From the NCBI GenBank assembly GCA_964469265.1, contig CAYXYF010000003.1, forward strand, positions 23,010 to 87,009: a stretch of DNA of 64,000 nucleotides, written 5' to 3'. Shown here in pieces: positions 27,515-36,445 of this stretch. The first letter of the stretch is position 1. Each line of letters opens with the position of its first letter. Under the pieces are notes generated by a model. It saw nothing but the letters and a program-made list of their open reading frames with translations. It was not told the origin of the DNA and ran no database searches. Origin of the DNA: an uncultured Bdellovibrionales bacterium (lineage in GTDB: Bacteria; Bdellovibrionota; Bdellovibrionia; Bdellovibrionales; JAEYZS01). A program made the position numbers and the translations under genes.

Positions 27515-29219
27515 CTTTGTTGTCTTTACCTTGTTGTTTCATAGGGGTTGAGTTTCTGAAGTAAGATTTAATAATGGCCTTTCTAATAGACCGAACACGA
27601 TGCTTATCTAATGTTTCATAATTAATTTCTGAAATGTACTCCTCAATAACAAACTTCAATCTATCTGAGAAAGCGTCCAGCATCGAGCGGCAATCCGATT
27701 GCTCACATCCTGCTAAAATTGACGCCCAGTCTTTTGCGTTAATATCACCACCCATAAGCTTTTTAACCTCTTTTGGAGCTTCAAAAACTTTATAAAACGG
27801 GAAGCGATCAGATTTGATTTTTGAATCATTTGGTAGGACCATATAAAAGTCTTTTTCATCTCTTGGCGATGCAACCTCAAGATATTTCACTAAATCGAGG
27901 TCAGCAAAAAACGTCTGAATTTCAGATTCTACACGGAGAGGCTTTACTTCTAATGCCTTCTTTAACAACTTATCAACAAGGTCTTCTTTTAAGACCGATA
28001 ATTTCTTTTTACTATCTAAAAGCGTTGCCCATTGACCTGGGTAAAGATTTTTTGCAACGCTCAATGCATGGGAGCGGGGGAGTAAGTGCAACAGAGGTTC
28101 TGCATCCTGAATCGAAACTCCATTTAATACCGTTGCTAATTCCTTTTCATTAAGGCGTCCAAAAATAATACCTGTCTCTTTGTTTCTGGAGCTTTTTGTT
28201 TTATCATCGTCATTAAAATGCCATCTTAATCTCAATCGATCAATTTCGCTTAAAATTTTAATCGATGCAGGCGTTAACGGTGCAGGGGAAGCTAAAGCCG
28301 TAAACCACCAATCGCCCCAGCCGAATTTATAAAGCGATTTTATCGAAGCCTGATCGAGCTCAGCAAGGATTGCTCCCATTTCCGTAGGATTATCCCGACC
28401 TTGTTGCTCAAGGAAACTTAAAAAACGCGCATCAGGGCTTTTAAACATCTCAGCGTTTCTTTGTAATAACTCTAAAGCACTTTTTCGGATTTCAATAAGA
28501 TTGGATCCTAAAGAAAGTTCTTTGTCGTCGGTGGACTCTACTCTATCCGCAACTGACGAGGGTTGAGATAAATCAGCTGCAATATTTAGAGCGCTGTTGG
28601 CAAATTCTTGGGTGCTTTTTCCAATTTCAGAAATCGGTTGTGCAAGTCCTTTAACCAACGACTTAACACTGGCTTTTGATAACCACCAGAAAACTCCCGC
28701 CGTTGCAAGAATGGACGCTAACACTGAGAATGCAATCCATAGACGTTGAGCGCGTTTTTCTGCCATATTGAAAGGCACTTTTGCAATTTCAATAATGTCT
28801 GCATTGGCGTCAAGTTTAAGTTGTTTTGCAATATTTTCCTGAAGGTCTTTTAATTCCATATCTCCAACGGATGAATCAATTTGTATACGAATGGCAACTT
28901 TTTCAAGTAAACCGATGAGGGTTCCAAGGGGAATGTCGGTGCGGTTCCATACTGATATTTCTTCTTCCTCTTCGACTTCAAGATAAGGTAATTGAACAAT
29001 AGCATTATCACCACGACGAATTTCTTTTTTACGAGAATGGTCTTTGTTTCGGTCACCGGCATCAATTTGCACAAAGACCGTAAACGGTGTTTCAGGAAAT
29101 CGTGTTTTTAAAAGGCTTGAAACTTTATCTATGTAGTACTGCTCAATTTCTGGGATCCGCGACCCATAAGCTGTCACAGAGATTGCCGCTAGAATACATA
29201 TAATTAATAAGCGTTTCAT
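27486..29219 (-). CDS. 577-aa bitopic membrane protein: short periplasmic N-domain, TM, large cytoplasmic helical domain with FliG_C-like end
   Basis: Its ATG overlaps the MotB stop (ATGA at 29216-29219). N-terminal hydrophobic segment, then TM RLWIAFSVLASILATAGVFWWL near residue 170. The C-terminal ILAGCEQSDCRSMLDAFSDRLKFVIEEY...HRVRSIRKAIIKSY aligns without gaps to my recollection of FliG C-domain ALKGAEQPLREKFLRNMSQRAADILRDDL...EQKAILLIVRRL. The domain call is inference. Confidence 0.6.
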   Translation of the reverse strand: MKRLLIICILAAISVTAYGSRIPEIEQYYIDKVSSLLKTRFPETPFTVFVQIDAGDRNKDHSRKKEIRRGDNAIVQLPYLEVEEEEEISVWNRTDIPLGTLIGLLEKVAIRIQIDSSVGDMELKDLQENIAKQLKLDANADIIEIAKVPFNMAEKRAQRLWIAFSVLASILATAGVFWWLSKASVKSLVKGLAQPISEIGKSTQEFANSALNIAADLSQPSSVADRVESTDDKELSLGSNLIEIRKSALELLQRNAEMFKSPDARFLSFLEQQGRDNPTEMGAILAELDQASIKSLYKFGWGDWWFTALASPAPLTPASIKILSEIDRLRLRWHFNDDDKTKSSRNKETGIIFGRLNEKELATVLNGVSIQDAEPLLHLLPRSHALSVAKNLYPGQWATLLDSKKKLSVLKEDLVDKLLKKALEVKPLRVESEIQTFFADLDLVKYLEVASPRDEKDFYMVLPNDSKIKSDRFPFYKVFEAPKEVKKLMGGDINAKDWASILAGCEQSDCRSMLDAFSDRLKFVIEEYISEINYETLDKHRVRSIRKAIIKSYFRNSTPMKQQGKDNKDDSTKVKAA

Positions 29220-29953
29220 TGTGTCACTTCCTTCGAACTTGCAGGCTCTCTATCGAGGCCGCGTTCTGTGTTATCCAATGGTTCTATTACAAGAACAATT
29301 TTTCTATCGTATTTTCTAATCTCACTATCTGTAATTGCTTTGCCTTTATCTGTTTCTCCGTATCCACCAATTCTTAAAAGGTGGTAGGGGATACCTTCAC
29401 TATTGAGTAGGCGGAGCGCAGAAATTGCACGCAAAGCCGAAAGTTCAAGGTTATCTTTGTAAATGCGGTTGGACTTAATCTTTACAGGCTTATTGTCTGT
29501 ATAACCTCGAACAACAATTCTCATCTTTCCTGTAAAGTTCTTTAAAACATAACCTGCTTTTTTAAGCATTTTTTCTCCGTCATCCGTCAGAACAAAAGAT
29601 CCGGGAGTAAAAAACGAAACCTTGGGAAACTCAACGATAAGCTTGTTCCCCTGAGTTACCGTTTTTAACCCTGAAATTTCATCAAACTCCATGAGTTCTG
29701 AAGTCGGAAAACGATCTTGTTTTCCCCATGTTAAATCTGGCGTGGGGAACGAAAAGTGATTAAATTCCTGCTTTAAGGCTTTATCGACAATTTTAATCTC
29801 ACTTGATGTTTTAGAAACACTAAAGAACAAGACGAAAAACGCAAGTAGCAAAGTCACCATATCACCGTAACTGATAGCCCAGTTACTGTTATGGTCTCCT
29901 TCTGGAGCTTGCTTTTCTCTTCGTTTTTTAAATTCTTGTTCTCTTGATGTCAT
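29216..29953 (-). CDS. motB: MotB-type stator protein with OmpA-like peptidoglycan-binding domain
   Basis: WAISYGDMVTLLLAFFVLFF contains the conserved channel Asp in the Y-x-D context. C-terminal LSALRAISALRLL...GYGE matches the OmpA/MotB domain. Confidence 0.85.
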   Translation of the reverse strand: MTSREQEFKKRREKQAPEGDHNSNWAISYGDMVTLLLAFFVLFFSVSKTSSEIKIVDKALKQEFNHFSFPTPDLTWGKQDRFPTSELMEFDEISGLKTVTQGNKLIVEFPKVSFFTPGSFVLTDDGEKMLKKAGYVLKNFTGKMRIVVRGYTDNKPVKIKSNRIYKDNLELSALRAISALRLLNSEGIPYHLLRIGGYGETDKGKAITDSEIRKYDRKIVLVIEPLDNTERGLDREPASSKEVTQ

Positions 29954-29956
29954 ATA

Positions 29957-30754
29957 CTACGCTACACCTTTAACTCCACCTGTAACTCCCAAGATATCCT
30001 TTCTCTTAAGAGGCGGCAGGTAAGAATTAAGCATTTCTTGCGTCACCATAGGAGACCTTCTGTCATATATCATCATTAAGCCCTCGAGCATAAGTTCTCG
30101 GTGGTTCATGTTTGTATGTGACTTATTAAATAAGTTCTCACTCATTGGGACTAAAACAAAGTTCGTTAGTATCAGTCCGTAAAAAGTTGCAACAAGGGCA
30201 AGCGCCATTTCAAGACCGATGGAACCAGCGTCAGCTCCTTGCGATACTGCTCGCATAACAGAGACCAGACCCAAAACTGTACCGACCAGACCGAATGCTG
30301 GAGGATATTTTGAAATTGTTCTTAAGAGTGCACCGTAGGATTCTTCACGCTCACGATCACGCAACATCCTCTCTTGCATAATATTTTGCAGATCTTCTTT
30401 TGAAAAGCCCGCTAATATAAGTTCAATTCCGTCTCTTAAGAATGGATTATAGTTTTTATCCTCAGCAGCTTCGATTAAAACTTTCTTTGATTTATGAGCC
30501 GATGCCGCGAGTTTAATAATCTGCGGAACAGTCTCTTCGTTTTCTTCAGGATTCTTCTTTGCGATTCGGATGAAAGCTTTCATCATCTTGACCAGATCTT
30601 TTATTGGGTATGTGATCAAGGCCGCACAAAGAGTACCGCCAAATACAATTAATATAGCAACAGTATCAAAGTAGTATGTAGTGTCCATTTTGAGCACATA
30701 CATACCCGTTCTCAATAATACGATGGCTAATATAAAACCAAATAGATGTGACAT
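29957..30754 (-). CDS. motA: MotA/PomA-type proton (ion) channel stator protein
   Basis: 265 aa with four TM segments. YPPAFGLVGTVLGL and ALVATFYGLILTNFVLVPM are typical of the MotA/TolQ/ExbB family. Size and loop length fit MotA/PomA. Confidence 0.85.
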   Translation of the reverse strand: MSHLFGFILAIVLLRTGMYVLKMDTTYYFDTVAILIVFGGTLCAALITYPIKDLVKMMKAFIRIAKKNPEENEETVPQIIKLAASAHKSKKVLIEAAEDKNYNPFLRDGIELILAGFSKEDLQNIMQERMLRDREREESYGALLRTISKYPPAFGLVGTVLGLVSVMRAVSQGADAGSIGLEMALALVATFYGLILTNFVLVPMSENLFNKSHTNMNHRELMLEGLMMIYDRRSPMVTQEMLNSYLPPLKRKDILGVTGGVKGVA

Positions 30755-30763
30755 AACCTTCCT

Positions 30764-31375
30764 TTAAATTCTTCCATTTTGAATTCGATCAAGAATACGT
30801 TTAGTAACTTGATCATTAGGATTAATTGCTAAAGACTTCTGATAACTCTCAAGAGCCTTATCAATTCTTTTTTGTAAGTAATAAATATTGCCTAACAGAT
30901 TCCAGCCAGCAGAAAGTTTCGGGTAGCGAGTCACAAGGGCAGTGGCAAGGCTTTCAGCTCTGTTATAGTCTCCCTTGACAGTAGCTGCTTGAATTTCAGC
31001 ACTCATTCCCGAAACATCATTTAGATATTTGTAAGCATTGGCATCTTGATACGCCTCTTTCCAGTTGGCTTCAGGTGTTAAGGTGATAGAGATATTTCCA
31101 ACCTCCTGAAACATTTTTGACTCTATATATATTTGATCTTTTAAAAAGCCCGCTTTATCGACGGTGAGGCGCCACATATTGTTCGGAAGTTTTTTTAGTA
31201 TCTCATTATTGAACTCAAGTGGCGTTTGTCCTAACTTTTCTTCACGACCAGAATTATCAGTGGCAAAAACATCTGCGCCTTGTGGTTCAGAAACGAGTAT
31301 CATTTTTGTCGTTGTACAGCCAGAACTTAATAAAATTAAATTTATTAAAATAGTAATTTTTAAACTGCAATTCAT
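30764..31375 (-). CDS. lipoprotein with PEGA domain and TPR repeats
   Basis: Lipobox LLSSGC. SEPQGADVFATDNSGREEKLGQTPLEF matches the PEGA motif. The C-terminal AGWNLLGNIYYLQKRIDKALESYQKSLAINPND is TPR-like. Confidence 0.7.
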   Translation of the reverse strand: MNCSLKITILINLILLSSGCTTTKMILVSEPQGADVFATDNSGREEKLGQTPLEFNNEILKKLPNNMWRLTVDKAGFLKDQIYIESKMFQEVGNISITLTPEANWKEAYQDANAYKYLNDVSGMSAEIQAATVKGDYNRAESLATALVTRYPKLSAGWNLLGNIYYLQKRIDKALESYQKSLAINPNDQVTKRILDRIQNGRI

Positions 31376-31531
31376 GCTTTACACCTTTTTCTTAGTGTCT
31401 CTTTATCGGGCGCTTCTTAATAATTTCTTTGCAAATACTCTGGACTGAAATCAAATCTGGACGATTGTCCTCGTCAATTATCAAAAAATCTTAACTGTTA
31501 AAGCAGAAACTTAATAAAACTTAAAAATTAA

Positions 31532-31546
31532 ATCGGGATGCCCGAT
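31532..31546. promoter_or_regulatory. 6-3-6 palindrome in the divergent intergenic region (possible operator)
   Basis: ATCGGG-ATG-CCCGAT, about 27 nt upstream of the TTG start of the NHL gene and 157 nt upstream of the MotAB operon start. Confidence 0.25.
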
Positions 31547-31572
31547 AACTGTATCAGGAGAGGTAAACTGCT

Positions 31573-34500
31573 TTGGTTTTTCATCGCAATATATCAAAAA
31601 CAATAATCTGCTTGTCGCTATTATTAGCGTCTTGCAGTGGCGGTAATGGCGGATTTAGTGGACTGGTAGGTGGTGATCTATCAGATGTCACCGAATTAAC
31701 TATTACGGCAACAACTCCTTCAGGTAATGATTTAGTCATTCAAATTGGTGGGTCGCAAGCCTTTACGGTCTTAGCCGTGGCACCGCCGCCAGCGTCGGTT
31801 TCTTATTCATTTGAACTTAATGGCACTACTGTTTCCAATATCAATGCGTATACGTTAACGGGTACTGCCCTCAACGTTGGAAATCATATAGTCACGGCCA
31901 AAGCTACTGATGGCATTTCAACAAAGTCAAAGTCTTGGAACATTAAAGTCAATGGACCTCCTGAGATTACAAGTGCTTATTCCACACCACCTAAAGTCGC
32001 GGTGGGTTCTGTCTTAAATTTAACCGTCACTGGAACGGATCCCAATAATGATCCTCTTACATATGATTGGAAACTCAATGGAGCCACAAACGCACATCTT
32101 GTCGGAACCAACAACACGGCCGTGTTAACAGCAGCCCCATCCTTATTAGTTGGCGGATTTGCTGGGCCAATTACTATTAATGTTACAGCTACGGATGATT
32201 CTGGCGGAACCACAACGCATAATTTTACGGCAGAAATAAATGCTTTCAACCAAAGCTGTAACGAACTCGAACAATATGAAATGTGTACCTATGTTGGGAT
32301 TCCGACATTAGGAGATGGCTATAATCCCATTGATCCCAACACTTCCTCTACCATTAAAATGGGCCCGATAGCGCTGGCACTCGATAGTAGAAATAATAAT
32401 CTTTTTATCGCGGACTGGAACCATAACCTCGTCTGGTACTGGAACAAAACTGCAAACCCTGTTGAACTGCTACAGTTTGAGGGAGCAAATGCAATTCCCG
32501 CAAATACAGTTAAGGTCATTGCTGGAACAGGAGAGGCCGCACCAGAAGCTGGTGATTACTCCCTTAATGTTGGTGTTCATGGACCACGAGGTATGTATTA
32601 CGATGCCGCTACTGACAGATTATATATTTCTGAATACAACGCTCATAGAGTAAAACTTGTCGCAAGTAATGGCGTCACAAGTTACATGCTAGGTGTGGGT
32701 AGTGGGAACATCGATGGAACGACGGTGACGGCGCACACCTGCAATAATCCATCAGGAATGGCATACTATAATGGAGAGCTATATGTCGCTTGTTACGGGC
32801 ACCACCGTGTAAAAGCTTGGGATTTAACGACGAACTTAGTTCGAACTGTTTACGGCCACGATAATTCAAATGCTGGAAACGCCACAAACTTCAGAAATGA
32901 TCGAAGCACGCCACTCATTCCACAAAATTATAGTGCAGGAACCGAGGACGGCAAAGCTTATGCTGCTTGTACGAGTAATTGCGGTTATAGAAGCCCATAC
33001 GGAATCTACGTTGATTCTACTGGTCTTTACGTTACGCACCCTACGGACAATTATGTTCGTTATTGCAACTTTAGCGGAGCACCAAGAACGGTGCTCGGCA
33101 TGACAATTGGTAACAACTTCTGTCGAAGCATTATCGGCACTGGAAGCGCGTCGTACGGGGCAGATGGTATAGCCACGACTTCGGCCTTTAGAGATCCACG
33201 CGCAATCATAGTTGATAATAATAAGATATTGGTAACCTCTGTTAATAATAGCGACAGAATCATCCTTATTAATAATACGGGAGCGGCGATCCCAGGTTCT
33301 GAATATGGCGTTGCAATTCCAACTAACCAGTTTGCAGTAATAACTGCGACAGGTGGGACTTATTCTGAGGGTAACAACGCAATCGCAAAAAGCTATAATC
33401 AACCTTATGACATTATCAAAGATCCAGAAGGAACTAATTCTTATATCATAGCAGACTACAACAATAGGCGTGTTCGCAAAGCCGACTACGGAAACAATTT
33501 CACAACATCATTAGTAGGCTCGGGAAGGCTACGAGCCGATAACATTGGAGACTCAGGGCTTGCCAATGAATTTTATATGTCGTCACCGTCAGGGTTAGTG
33601 TACGACAATCAGGCCTCCGTCAATGCCCTATTTGTAGTGGACTCTGTTAACGACAGACTTCTTAAAGTCGACCAATACGGAAATGTAACAACGGCTGCTG
33701 GAGGTGGAAGCCTTCTGCCAACGTCAGTAACTGGCGCGCAACCTCCTAATTCTATCCTCTTTAACGCCAATATTGTTGCATATACAGGGATTGCTATGTT
33801 TAAAGATTTCTCTTTTATTCTAAACAACACAGTATACGGTCACTTGCAAGTTTGGAACCGAACAACTTCAGCAAAAGCATATCTTAACTCAACGACCACG
33901 GGAGCAAACCGAGTTAATCAATTAGCGGGCGATTTTAATAACTACGATAGCAGTACCGCAAACCAATATGACGACAACTTAACAGACCCAATGTTAGTTT
34001 CTCTTTATAACCCCTCTGGAGTAGCCATCTCGGAAAACACGGATGGAACCACAGAAGTCTTCGTTGTAGATCAATACCGACATTGCATCAGACGAGTATT
34101 TGAATCAGGATCAAACGTCTACGGAATGGATACCGTCGTCGGTGAGTGCAAAGACGGAAATTCCCCGAGTAATACAGGCGCACAGGGTGGCTACGTCTCT
34201 GGTGATAATGAGTCTCCAAGCTCTCATATTTTATACCGTCCAATGGATGTCATAACCCACTTCCCAACGGATCAAGACATTACTGACGGCGGAGGCACGG
34301 TTGGCGATAATAACGGTAAAGGCAACCTTATTATCAGTGATTACAACAACCATAGAATCAGATATTGGAACCGCGCTGGTACCTCCGTTCAGTTCGCAGG
34401 AACGACAATAGCAAATAATAGTATTGTAACAATCGGATGTGCTGCAGGAGCTAGTAATACATCAGAACATATCTTTGCAGTTGGAGCGCAGTGTAGTTAT

Positions 34501-34797
34501 CCAGTCGCTTTTGCGATGAACAATGAGTACCTTTGCTATTCACAAGCGGGGAAGCATAATGTACGCTGCATTTACTTAACGGGCGCCAATGAAGGTCGAG
34601 TGTTTACAGTAGCTGGTTCTCCACAAAATAATAACATTGGCGTGTCTGGAGTACCGTATAACTATAGTCTAGAGGGTCTACCAGCAACTTCACAAAGGAT
34701 GTCATCACCAGGTGGACTTGCATTTGATCCAAACGGGGACTTGTATATTTCTGATCAAAATAACAGTTTGATTAGAAAAGTAAAGATGTCACCTTAA
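31573..34797 (+). CDS. 1074-aa lipoprotein with two Ig-like domains and multiple NHL-type beta-propeller repeats
   Basis: TTG start after GGAGAGG. Lipobox LLLASC. Ig-like segments include TDPNNDPLTYDWKLNG. Recurrent NHL-like motifs: DWNHNLVWYWN, EYNAHRVKLV, DYNNRRVRKAD, DSVNDRLLKVD, DQYRHCIRRV, DYNNHRIRYWN, DQNNSLIRKV. Confidence 0.8.
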   Translation: MVFHRNISKTIICLSLLLASCSGGNGGFSGLVGGDLSDVTELTITATTPSGNDLVIQIGGSQAFTVLAVAPPPASVSYSFELNGTTVSNINAYTLTGTALNVGNHIVTAKATDGISTKSKSWNIKVNGPPEITSAYSTPPKVAVGSVLNLTVTGTDPNNDPLTYDWKLNGATNAHLVGTNNTAVLTAAPSLLVGGFAGPITINVTATDDSGGTTTHNFTAEINAFNQSCNELEQYEMCTYVGIPTLGDGYNPIDPNTSSTIKMGPIALALDSRNNNLFIADWNHNLVWYWNKTANPVELLQFEGANAIPANTVKVIAGTGEAAPEAGDYSLNVGVHGPRGMYYDAATDRLYISEYNAHRVKLVASNGVTSYMLGVGSGNIDGTTVTAHTCNNPSGMAYYNGELYVACYGHHRVKAWDLTTNLVRTVYGHDNSNAGNATNFRNDRSTPLIPQNYSAGTEDGKAYAACTSNCGYRSPYGIYVDSTGLYVTHPTDNYVRYCNFSGAPRTVLGMTIGNNFCRSIIGTGSASYGADGIATTSAFRDPRAIIVDNNKILVTSVNNSDRIILINNTGAAIPGSEYGVAIPTNQFAVITATGGTYSEGNNAIAKSYNQPYDIIKDPEGTNSYIIADYNNRRVRKADYGNNFTTSLVGSGRLRADNIGDSGLANEFYMSSPSGLVYDNQASVNALFVVDSVNDRLLKVDQYGNVTTAAGGGSLLPTSVTGAQPPNSILFNANIVAYTGIAMFKDFSFILNNTVYGHLQVWNRTTSAKAYLNSTTTGANRVNQLAGDFNNYDSSTANQYDDNLTDPMLVSLYNPSGVAISENTDGTTEVFVVDQYRHCIRRVFESGSNVYGMDTVVGECKDGNSPSNTGAQGGYVSGDNESPSSHILYRPMDVITHFPTDQDITDGGGTVGDNNGKGNLIISDYNNHRIRYWNRAGTSVQFAGTTIANNSIVTIGCAAGASNTSEHIFAVGAQCSYPVAFAMNNEYLCYSQAGKHNVRCIYLTGANEGRVFTVAGSPQNNNIGVSGVPYNYSLEGLPATSQRMSSPGGLAFDPNGDLYISDQNNSLIRKVKMSP

Positions 34798-35549
34798 GAC
34801 ATCATGTGATAGCCGCTATCCACATAGATAATCTCACCAGTGATATGACGAGAACGATCGCTACAAAGAAAGGCGGCAAGATCGCCAACACTCTCTTGGC
34901 TGATATTTTCTTTAAGCGGAACTTTATCTTCTGCTGCCTTTAACATGGTCCTAAAGTCTCTAATTCCAACGGCCGCCAGTGTTTTAACAGGCCCAGCAGA
35001 AATCGCATTGACACGAATCTTTTCAGGTCCAACATCATAGGCAAGGTACCTTACGCTTGCTTCAAGTGCAGCCTTTGCCACGCCCATAACATTGTAGTTT
35101 GGAACAACTCTTTGTGCGCCTAAATAAGAAAGCGTCACGATGGACCCGCCTTTTTTCATAAGGCTGTGCGCGTGTTTTGTACAAGTAATCAGAGAGTAAG
35201 CACTAATATCCATTGCAAGCTTGAATCCCTCACGTGAAGTATTCATAAAGCGTCCCTCTAGGTCTTCCTTATTTGCAAACGCAACAGAGTGAACAAGGGC
35301 ATCTAAAGAATCCCACTTTTTTGAAAGTTCTGTAAAAAACTTTTGGATTTCTTGATCTGAAGAAACATCACACGGATAAATAAAGGAAGCGTTTAAAGAT
35401 TCTGCCAAAGGACGAACCCGGGACTCCATCTTGTCGTTAACATAATTGAATGCGAGCTCATAACCGTCTTTATGAAGAGCTTGGGCAATTCCCCAACCTA
35501 AACTTCTTTCATTGGCCACACCTAAAACGACCGCTCTTTTTGCCATCAC
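34794..35549 (-). CDS. fabI: enoyl-[acyl-carrier-protein] reductase (NADH), FabI
   Basis: GVANERSLGWGIAQAL, the SYLGAQRVVPNYNVMGVAKAALE block (Tyr/Lys) and INAISAGPVKTLA are classic FabI blocks. Confidence 0.9.
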   Translation of the reverse strand: MMAKRAVVLGVANERSLGWGIAQALHKDGYELAFNYVNDKMESRVRPLAESLNASFIYPCDVSSDQEIQKFFTELSKKWDSLDALVHSVAFANKEDLEGRFMNTSREGFKLAMDISAYSLITCTKHAHSLMKKGGSIVTLSYLGAQRVVPNYNVMGVAKAALEASVRYLAYDVGPEKIRVNAISAGPVKTLAAVGIRDFRTMLKAAEDKVPLKENISQESVGDLAAFLCSDRSRHITGEIIYVDSGYHMMS

Positions 35550-35577
35550 AAACCTTCCTTTTTAAAAATGTTAGGTC

Positions 35578-36315
35578 TTAAAATGTTTCGTCGTTTCGCA
35601 GAAATCTCCATTTTCCTTCAGGGAGATCATCTAACAAAACATTGCCTACTCGTAATCTTAATAGACTCAAAACATTAAGATCAACAAGTTCGCACATCCG
35701 TCGCACTTGACGCTTTCGGCCCTCAGATAGGGTAAAGACCAAGAAATCTTCCCGAGTCTGCCGAATTTTAGCTTGCTTTAAAGGCTTTCCGTCCAAAGAC
35801 AGGCCATATGAAAGACGCTGAATCTTCTCTGGAGTCACATCGCCTTGGACACGCACAAGATATTCTTTTTCAATTTTAGAGTCTTCGCCAATGAGTTTTT
35901 TAGCGACGGTTCCGTTTTGTGTAAATACAAGAAGCCCCCGCGAATCAATATCTAAGCGCCCCGCAGGTGCTAACCCATCAAAGTGTGATCGCTTTAACGG
36001 CATGCTATTATCGAATTGGTTTTCTTCTTTTATGAGAACAACAGCGGGTTGATGATCGTCTTCAGGTTGACCTGACACATATCCCACTGGTTTATTTAAA
36101 ATTATTGTGACTTTATTGGATTGTTGCTTTTGAGCTTGCTGCAGCAATTCGATTTTTTGGTTTTCAGTCACCTTAAAGCCAAGTTCACTAACAACCTTAC
36201 CATCAACTTTCACTAAACCCTTAGCAATGTACTCGTCGGCCTCACGACGGGAACATAAACCCTTCATGGCCATAGCTTTATTGAGCCTTATTTTTGGAGA
36301 TTCATCAGTACTCAT
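35578..36315 (-). CDS. pseudouridine synthase, RsuA/RluB/RluF family, with S4 domain
   Basis: S4-like RLNKAMAMKGLCSRREADEYIAKGLVKVDGKVV. Catalytic block GRLDIDSRGLLVFTQNG. KRQVRRM near the C-terminus. Confidence 0.85.
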   Translation of the reverse strand: MSTDESPKIRLNKAMAMKGLCSRREADEYIAKGLVKVDGKVVSELGFKVTENQKIELLQQAQKQQSNKVTIILNKPVGYVSGQPEDDHQPAVVLIKEENQFDNSMPLKRSHFDGLAPAGRLDIDSRGLLVFTQNGTVAKKLIGEDSKIEKEYLVRVQGDVTPEKIQRLSYGLSLDGKPLKQAKIRQTREDFLVFTLSEGRKRQVRRMCELVDLNVLSLLRLRVGNVLLDDLPEGKWRFLRNDETF

Positions 36316-36445
36316 GGATATTTATACTATGCATTATCGGTGCTACTAATCAACTCCTAAATTATATATTTTATTGATCTTAAAGGGGCTTAGACCTAAC
36401 TTTAATTTTTAGATATTTTAATGGATTTCAACGAGGATGTAATAC

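Noticed and set aside
29216-30754. MotA/MotB pair as a Zorya (ZorAB) anti-phage system
   Set aside because: ZorA proteins are much longer, with a long C-terminal tail. This MotA is 265 aa, and no ZorC/ZorD-like (helicase or nuclease) genes are present.
32866-33402. 178-aa antisense ORF, and several 60-110-aa ORFs, inside the NHL gene and other long genes (e.g. 40298-40792, 9103-9435, 25981-26313)
   Set aside because: They lie fully within much longer ORFs that have recognisable domains on the other strand, and they lack RBS or family signatures.
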